A program made the translations under genes and the position numbers. A model generated the notes under the pieces. It was given only the letters and a program-made list of their open reading frames with translations, did not search any database and was not told the DNA's origin. A stretch of 64,000 nt of DNA from Anthoceros angustus (taxonomy: Eukaryota; Plantae; Anthocerotophyta). The stretch lies in contig MU008198.1 in the NCBI GenBank assembly GCA_010909165.1, forward strand, positions 124,001 through 188,000. The letters are read 5' to 3'. Shown piece after piece: positions 37,401 through 45,693 of the stretch (positions are counted from its first letter, which is position 1; each line of letters begins with the position of its first letter).

Positions 37401-40400
37401 AGCTCCAACTCCGCATCCGTCGGTGGGAGGTTCCACGTCTCAAAGTCGTCAAAATCAAGTCGGGTTGGCCGTGCCTCGCCTCTTACCTCTGGCCGTCTTG
37501 ACGAGGAGGCCGCTTCTTCACGCCGCCGATGTCGAATGGAGACCGCCGGGTGCGGTGGATGAGCGAGATAGCCCGAGGCCATTTGGCCCCTCATCCTCCC
37601 ACCCGGATGATGCCGGTCGGCGCAGGCGGGCGGCGCCTTCATCGTGACTCCCCTAGCAAGCTTCACCTCGCCATACTCCCCCCGCGAACCGGTTGTCCAC
37701 CACCTTCGTGCCATCAAGGCAATGGCTTCCTCTCGTGAAAGGTGCGGGCCATGAGTCCCTAGCCGAATTCAAGGCTGCTATTTTGAAAAAGCTTTGTTTG
37801 CAAAGGCCCAGCTGGTTGTCATTTACTCCTCTTGGCCGGGACCAGCGCGCTGACTGTGCACATGCTACTTGCCCATAATCACAACAATTTTCTGACCACA
37901 ACCTTGACAGACTTGGGAGCAAGTTTCATGTCCCATTGGTTACGCTGTACGTTACTCATGATGTATTATATTGCCCACATGGCGCACCGCTCTCAATCGC
38001 CCATTCGCATTTACCATTAATCATCGTCTTCCACCAAAGATTGCCTTGTGCATCCGTGGAGGAGGAGACAATAGACTATAACCTGCAAACCAATCACCAT
38101 ACATGATTTATTCCACTTTCACGCGTGACTCGAGTAGCGTGCGCAAGGGTGACTTGTCATGTCGGTCAGCGGTATGGACGGGCACCAAACCATACCCATC
38201 CATTCCGCGGACAAGACAGTCATCGAGTTTTATTGCGTGACGATGGGAAGTACAAGTAGTGATCAAGGATGAAGGACTTTCCCATCCCAATGTTTAATTA
38301 CGGTAAGCATATGTCCCACATTGTGAGGTATAAAGCGTCTGCCCTCACCCGCAAGAGCCAAGGGGAACCCTCCATACCGGTCCTTGATGGCCGAGGGAGA
38401 GCAACCTCCCATCCATCATCCTCGATGGCCATCGTCATTGATGTGGTGCAGCCCTTGTCCTTAATGGCCATCGTCGGTTTCCACCACCAGGCAACAATAA
38501 TGTGCACACACTTCTGCAATGATCCACAAACAGACACAGGTCAGGCAGCGGAAGGTGGCGGTTTTGACTTATCGGATTCCACAAACACTTTAGCTGCAGC
38601 ATGGACTTGTAGGTAGGCGAGGGCCAAAAAGTGTTCACATCCGGCCTCTCCGAACCCCCAGCCATACCGTGTGTGGTCACGAACACCATGCCCGCACCAT
38701 GTGGAAGGAACCACCTCGCCACCGAGCAGCAAGTCCCCACGAGGATAGCCATGAGCTGCTCCACGCCATGAGGCGGTGACACCGCCCTCCAACCTTTGCA
38801 AAGGATCCTTGATGGCCATCAGCGTATTTCTAGTTGTGCACGAAGATGGAGACATGAACACACGCCTCGTGGTGCGAACTACCACTCCACGCCCATTTAG
38901 GTTTCCGACGGAAGCTAGCTCGGCATCGTCAACATGTCCGTCATACATGGCATAAGGTAGCAAGGGAGAGCGCCCGCAGGCAGGCATGTTTCCGCTGAAA
39001 GACAGGCTCGCCCGCAGCTGCGAGGATGACCAAGAGAAAGGTAGTAGCGTGAAGCGAGGGGCAAGGTGGTGACATTTAAAGCGGACCACCACCTTCTACA
39101 GCCACTTGTGCCCCAGGCCACATCGGGTTGCGGATGAGAGGATCTTGAATTTCAACTGTTCCTTACATGTGACAAACCAAACATGGCAGGCTCTGATGGC
39201 TGCCGTCGACCAACAGTGACGGTTGCTGGTAAATGCAATGAGTGTGAAGCTGGTTTGTTTTCATGTCTCCTAAGGGCTGGAAATCCTTTGCGACGGTGCG
39301 ACGCCATAGTGACGTCAGAGCCGTCACCCTAGCATGGTGCCGGGGCGTGAATACATCGTTACGCCATGTGAGCGCATGATTGGTGGAGAGCGAATGGGAG
39401 TCTCGAGCGATGGACATCATTATCTAGGAGAGGAATTGGCATATATATGGCAAATTCACATACGACGGTCCTTCATTCATGGCATAATGAAAGGGGCATT
39501 TAGTTTGCTTGAATGGCTCTCACGTGCCACCCACCGTCCTTGCACAATGGTGTAGATGTTGATATAGATTATTACCAAAATGGAGCAGTAGCGTCATCTT
39601 CAACGACCTTCGACGTGGCATGTTTTCTTCCATGCCATGAGTTTTCAATTATTCTAATGGCTTGCACCCACCTTCCTTGGACCATGGTGGAGGGAGAATT
39701 TTATTTGAGAGAAAGGGAACCATTGTCCTTGGTTCATGGCGTTGTAAGATGGCCATGACCTTGTCATGGCATGGCACTTCCTTGGTCATCGCCACTGAAA
39801 TCGCATTGCAAACACTTGTCCTTGGGTCACGAAATGGTCATAAAAAGCGGGGACTATATATGGCATGCATGGAGGAATGGCATCGTGGACAAGGAAGGTT
39901 TCGTGTTGTGCACACACAGTAGCCAGGGAAGGTGGCATGGCAAGGCAAGGAGCCGGTGGCATGGCATGCCACGTAGTCCCCTTCTTGGATGGAAGCACGG
40001 TGAAGGATGGTCCTAGCGCAAGTGAGGTGGGCACTGGAGAATGCGGATTCTGAAGTGGAGGGTGGATGATCATCGCGTGGAGCGGGGAGGCGGCGAGAGA
40101 GGTGTCGGGTCTTTGGAGGAGCAACTTCGGAGTGGAGTCGCCAAAGAGGAGGACGATCTTGAGCGCAAGGGAGTGGGTGTCTCTAATAGGTGGGAGCTAA
40201 CTGGGCTTTCTGCGAGAGAATCCAAAACTTTCGAGGAGGAATGCCAGGCCGTGACATCGGAGGAGGAGGAATTTGGCGTGAGTCAGGAGAAAGAGGCGTG
40301 GTGATCGGGAGGAGCATGGTGGTGCTGCCCAAGAGGCCGACCGTGTGGTGGCGAGAGAGGCCATTGGTCTTGTGGACCTTCTTGGTGGCGATGGATAACC

Positions 40401-40957
40401 CCAACAACGTGGGAGGAGGATGCCTGTGGAGGAGGAAATGCTGCCACAGGAGTGGAGACTCTCTTGGAGGAGGCGGTTGCGGAGGCGGGCCAAGGAACGC
40501 GTGCATATGATGGTCGGGAGGACGGTGAGGAGAAGGACACCGGTGGCAATGATGGGGAAAGCGCGAGGCGGATGTGGAGATGGCGGATGATGAGGTGGAG
40601 GGACATACCGACTACATTGCCACTACGAAATTGGAGAATTGATGGAGCGGTTGGCGGTAAGCCACTAGGCAGCGTCATTGCCGTGTTGTGCGCATGGGCG
40701 TGGTGGAGTGTACATGGCTGAGCGGTTATGCGATGGAGGTTGGGTGGAGAATGAGGAGTTGGTTGGTTGGTGCGGCGTGGTGATATGTAGGACGTGAGCT
40801 CTAAGTGATGTGTGTGCATGACTGCGGGGAAGAAGGGAAGGGAAGGCGGTGGAAGGTGAAGGCCATGTCGAAGGAAGGCACGGATACTAGTGGAGAGAAG
40901 GAAGATGGAGGAAAGGTGGCAAGCAGGCGTCACCGTCAAGTGATCTTGGAGGCAACG

Positions 40958-41050
40958 TAGATGGTGGGGAACGGATGTGGGAGCGGGGCTGGAGATGGTG
41001 GGGAACGGATGTGGGAGCGGGAGCACTGGAGAGATGGTGGGGAACTGGAT
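40958..41050. repeat. Short ~34-bp tandem repeat (agatggtggggaacggatgtgggagcggg), about 2.5 copies
   Basis: Directly visible. Confidence 0.75.
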
Positions 41051-42357
41051 GGATGAGAGAATGCGGAGCGCATGCGAATGCAACTGAAAACAACCGTGGC
41101 GGTGGGCCGTTTGTGGAGGGAATGTGAATGTTGAGCCATTTTCTTGCGCCGGAGTCGCCCGATGCGTGGTGGACCGATGATGGTCAATCAACAACAAACA
41201 GATGGAATTGGTATTCCCACCTTTGTAGCCTAGCATTTACAGGGGTCCTTCGCCGTGAAAGTGGTGATTGAGGCCGCTGGATAGGTCTAGGAAGTTGTGG
41301 AGGAACCTTGAAAACAATGGTGTTGGTCTGAAGAGTCACCAAGTGGCGTCGCAAGACGCATATGGCCATATCACTTGGAAGACGTACATGTTTGTAGATA
41401 AAGCCAATTGCATCAGTGGCAACAAAGCCACTGATGCTGAAAGGGATAGAGGACGCTTGAACTCCAAAATTCCAATTAATTTGTCAATAAAATCAAACAC
41501 TTATATATGCAAGGTATGAGAGTGACGTAAGGGTTAGCACATACATATTACTATATAAACAAGTCTTGACGCCTATATACGTACATATATACGTATACAA
41601 AGGAGGCACATATAAGTACACTAATATAATATAAGTATAACAGATGGATGTGTACATATATATGTACACATACTTACACATACTTATGTCTTGAAGCCTA
41701 TATACATATATATGTATACAAAGGATATGCAAAGGAGGTAAAATAGGAAGGGAAGGACAGCCCCGAGAGAGAGGTCCTTGTTACAATCATGTTGCAAGAG
41801 GAAGAGGGGAAGAGTATAAAATGGTTGTGATAGGGGAGGTCCTTCTCACAGTCATGATGGAGGAGGAGAAGTGAAAGAGTATAAAAAGGGTGTGATAAGG
41901 GGCAATAACTAGCAGGTGAGGTGAGAGGAGAGACCAAGCATTGTGTTAAGATGGGGTGAGAAGGTGGATAAGAAATTGACACCGAACACCAAGCCACCAA
42001 AGAGTGTTGCAATTTTGAAGTGGTACATGAAGTGAGAGACCAAGCATTGTGTTAGGATGGTGGGAGAAGGAAGAGAAAAATGGACCAACTTAACACCAAG
42101 CCATCAAAACATGTTGCAAGTTGGAAGTGTTACATAAAATTGCAACACGGTAACGGCGGTGGGAAATTATTAACAATGCTTGTGAGAGAGGGGTGTACCT
42201 AAGGGTGAGGTGGGAAGAGAGAGTGCCAGTTCGTGTTAAGATGGCGCAAACGGAACTAACAAACTTAATACCAAGCCTCCAAAACATGTTGCAATATGGA
42301 AGTGTAACAAAAAATTGCAACATCGACTGTAACATGGGGTGCCCTTTTCTAGTAGGG

Positions 42358-42669
42358 AAGACAAGAATGTCCGGCTGAGCATTTGCACAGATGGTATGAA
42401 CCCAAGTGGGCACAGGTCCAATTCAAACTCAATTTGGGTGGTCAGTGCTGCTGGTCATCCACAATCTACCTCCTTGGGTTGCCACCAAGAAGCAGAGAAT
42501 CCTCCTATCCAGTATCATTCCAGGTCCAAAGCAAGTGCCGAACATGGATATCTATCTTGAGCCCCTGGTCACAGAGCTGCGGCAACTGTGGGAAGGTGTT
42601 CAATGTGAGGATTACTCACGGGCTGTTGGTGACTCGGGTCGTGTTTTCAAGCTTCGGGCTGCACTCCTG
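42358..42669 (+). pseudogene. CACTA Transposase_21 (Tnp2) catalytic-core fragment, continuation of 21030-22221
   Basis: EDKNVRLSICTDGMNP..., HNLPPWVATKK..ILLSSIIPGPKQVPNMDIYLEPLVTELRQLWEGV...FKLRAALL match the canonical Tnp2 motifs. Confidence 0.92.
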
Positions 42670-44994
42670 AGCCGGAGAAGTGCTGTAAGTTCTTGCCTAG
42701 GGTTGAGCCTGTTTGTGACCTAAACACCCAGGTCATCACATGGCGACCTCGGGAAGGCGGCATAGTGCTCGTGGAACTCTTTAGAGGCATCACTACCGGC
42801 TTGGAAGCAGTGCGAAAGTGTGGCATCGAAGTGCGAAGATACGTGCATTGTGACCCGAATCCAAAAGCAAGGATTCTGTCACAGAAGCGAGTAAGAGACT
42901 TGATAGGGGAGCACCCTAACCTCCGGCGTGTGTGAAGGGTTACCGGAAGTGCCGATGGATGTTCGCATGATAGGGTTGTCCCATTTGAGTTGTCTTGGGC
43001 AACCGGTGGACCTTGTCATCGCGGGTTGGGAGTGTCAAGGACTATCCTCTGCAGGCAAGGGTCAAGGTTTGAAGGATCCACGACACATTGTTCTATGACC
43101 GATGAGGATCTTGCGCTTGATCCGAGAAAGGGCAAGAAAGGCCTTGTGGATACATGTTGGAGAATGTGCCAAGATGCATGAGCGTGAAGAAGCAAGTCCA
43201 GGAGGATTTTGCCACGATCCGAGTGTTGGGTCGGGAGCTTCTATTGGATGCGGCTCAATTTGGTTCGAGGGCTCATAGGTTGAGGTCCATGTGGACTAAC
43301 CTTGCTCCCTTGGAACATTTGAAGTGTCTTGAGGTCGTTCATAGCGACCTAATCATGTTGTCAAGGATGTGCCAAAGATCGGGAAGGCATGCCCAACAAG
43401 TCATCAAGATCGACAAGCCGCCGCACTTCCACTGAACACGCTGGACACCCCATGGCGGCTTGGCCAACCTTTGTGTCTAAGTCCAAGTCTTACGCCTTGG
43501 GAACCATGGCCCCGACATTGTGGTGACAGACATGGAGGTGGCCTTGGGAGAGCCAACCACGAGAGGAGTTGGCCATGGGATTTTCTTGGAGCCACGAAGA
43601 CAGGAGTGGCCAGGAAGGCAGTGTCGATTGCTTGGGCAAGCATTTGACGTGAACATGATGACTGTTGTTTAGCTGAGTCGCTTACCAACTTCAAACCAAG
43701 AAGGCGGGGTTGAGCGGTGGTGAAGGATATTCAAAGACCGATCTCAACAAGAGAAGGCGAGTTTGAGGCAAGGAGAGTGAGCACGTAGAGGCGTGCAAGC
43801 CATCTGAGCCACAACCACATGAGTGGTTAACAGGCGTCGAGTTGAAGAGCAACCAACGGCGTCAGCTAAAGGAGTTGTTGGAGGCATCGCGACATGTGTT
43901 TGCTTTCACGCTTGCGGAGATGGGGAAGTACACCAAAGGGAAGTTCCACATAGAACTAATCAAGGATGAACTAGTGTTCCGCAGGAGGCACAAGCTCAGT
44001 AAGGCAAGAAGAAAATGGCGAGCAACCGGCTGGGGGGGAGAGTAGTCCACATGACAGGCGCATGAGGATGTTGAAGACAACCCTCCACTCATGGGCAAGG
44101 TTCATAACCTCTGGACGACATTCCCGAAGGAGATTGGTTTTGTGCACAATGCGCTACATGAGGTGCGACGCAGAAGTCTACTAATGATAATGTTTTGTCT
44201 TAGAGTCTCACATTATCAGGGGGGATTGGTTGCACCTATATATTTAGATGCGTATTAGATTTGGCTTGATTGTTGGTCGAGTGCTTATATGAATTCAAGT
44301 GCTTACCTCGCGCGACAAACCATGCGATACTAATCTATGCACTTGGGTTTAGTGTTTGATTAGCATTAATTAATCTAATTATTTATCTTTAAGAAAGTAA
44401 TTAGTATTAATTAATCTAATGTGCTTATGCTAATTAAGCATTGATTAGTGTTAATTAATCTAATGTGCTTATGTTAATTAAACATTGATTAGTGTTAATT
44501 AAACATGTTAGCAATAGCTAAGTGGATAAGCTCAAGTAATATGCTTTGGCATATTCCTGCATATTATAGTGTATTCTTAGGATACAATAGCTAAGTGGAT
44601 AAGCTCAAGTAATATGCTTTGGCATATTCCTTGCATATTATAGTGTATTCTTAGGATATTTCGGCATATGTCATGCCAATAGGATATCTTAGGAATATGC
44701 GATGCGGTCTAGTATATATAGACCCTTCCATTGAGGACAAGCTCAAATCATAGCTTGTCCTCTAGATATGCAATGCAAGGGTGTTGTGAGGAGGCCAAAG
44801 CTATGACTCCGAGAGCGATGTGTGAGGAATTTGCGTGTTGTTCTCGTGGAGAGAGTGTGTTTGTGCCACGATGCGCGAGCTACTTCCTCCTGTTGTTATT
44901 GGTTGCACATATATATTTAGATGCGTATTAGATTTGGCTTGATTGTTGGTCGAGAAAGTGCTTATATGAATTCAAGTGCTTACCTCGTGCGACA
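42670..44994 (+). mobile_element. DNMT3-carrying retroelement copy R3, 5'-truncated: DNMT, pre-RT linker, PHD remnant, purine tract, then B1 (44227-44317), A2 (44318-44896), B2 (44900-44994)
   Basis: Colinear with 3520-5779 but with a different 3' flank; ends cttacctcgtgcgaca. Confidence 0.88.
42758..43680 (+). pseudogene. DNMT3-like methyltransferase domain (copy R3, frameshifted)
   Basis: GIVLVELFRGITTGLEAVRKCGIEVRRYVHCD; PVDLVIAGWECQGLSSAGKGQG (43002-43067); MLENVP; LLDAAQFGSRAHRLRSMWTNLAP. Confidence 0.9.
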
Positions 44995-44997
44995 AAT

Positions 44998-45693
44998 GTG
45001 ATAGACATGCGAGGATTTCTGAGAGGACGGAAGTACACACTTCTGGTGATGGACGTTCCAAGGGGGTTTCCAATCGGGCCCTTGGACAAACGAGTTGACA
45101 AGCAGATGATGGACACTGTTTTGCAGAGCTTTGCGGAGAAAATAACTTCCCATGAGTTGAGAATGATTTTCATGCATGGTGTGGAGGAGGCTCACACCAT
45201 GAGGGAGTCCACGCGGAAGTGGAGCAGGAAAGAGGGCTTGGTCTCATTCGTATGGGACAAGACCAACATGAACAATGACAGGGGTGGGTTCGAGATCGTA
45301 GAATATATCACAGTGGGTTGGGGGATGAAAGATGGGTTCACAGGGGATAGAGTTCCAATGATGCCCAATGCCATGCATGGCACTTTCAACAATGGGAGGT
45401 CTGTGATCGCTCACGACACGGTTGTGAAGAAACAGGTGTACATGTCACAAGACAAGCTGGTGGTTTGCCCATACCAGAGGCCTCTGGGGCTTATGATGAA
45501 ACTTATCAAAACCTTCTCGAGAGAGGGGGATTGGATTTTGGATGTATGCTCTAGGAGTGGGACAACGTTACTGGCGGTCCTACTGTGCGGACGGAATGGT
45601 ATTGCTATTGAAGCTGACTTGAGGTGTGCAGGATATATATTCCACAGCGGATTTCTGGGCATGAGGTTCTGCCTGATGGTGACGAAGAACTGA
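44998..45693 (+). CDS. Beta-class N4-cytosine/N6-adenine DNA methyltransferase-like ORF (N6_N4_Mtase family), degenerate motifs, probably 5'-truncated or decaying
   Basis: Beta motif order: LLVMDVPRG (motif IV, cf. DPPY), FVWDKTN, VEYITVGW, then PYQRPLGLMMKLIKTFSREGDWILDVCSRSGTTLLAVLLCGRNGIAIEAD (motifs X-I-II, cf. HPTQKP..L..LI...S..GD.VLDPF.GSGTT..AA...GR..IGIE.D). Confidence 0.78.
   Translation: MIDMRGFLRGRKYTLLVMDVPRGFPIGPLDKRVDKQMMDTVLQSFAEKITSHELRMIFMHGVEEAHTMRESTRKWSRKEGLVSFVWDKTNMNNDRGGFEIVEYITVGWGMKDGFTGDRVPMMPNAMHGTFNNGRSVIAHDTVVKKQVYMSQDKLVVCPYQRPLGLMMKLIKTFSREGDWILDVCSRSGTTLLAVLLCGRNGIAIEADLRCAGYIFHSGFLGMRFCLMVTKN

Larger units (their letters stand above)
22222..42357. mobile_element. 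~20-kb CACTA-superfamily-like TIR element (C[CT]CTACTAGAAA termini, 3-bp TSD AAG) with no recognisable transposase of its own; contains retroelement R2
   Basis: Left end ctctactagaaatgggcaccctatgttacactctatgtt; reverse complement of right end ccctactagaaaagggcaccccatgttacagtcgatgtt. aag lies at 22219-22221 and 42358-42360. Dense tgttgcaa/tgtaaca subterminal repeats at 22240-22485 and ~42000-42335. Removing the element restores FGEEDKNVRL in frame. Confidence 0.85.

Noticed and set aside
40283-41236. 317-aa ORF on the - strand, and similar long P/S/H- or G/R-rich ORFs (e.g. 53047..53697, 54637..55389, 54848..55732, 57858..58643)
   Set aside because: Low-complexity, microsatellite-driven or antisense shadows of real genes in GC-rich DNA, with no domain motifs.
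42758-45693. A prokaryotic restriction-modification operon
   Set aside because: No endonuclease is present, the C5 MTase is embedded in a retroelement pol, and the two MTases are separated by retroelement terminal repeats.
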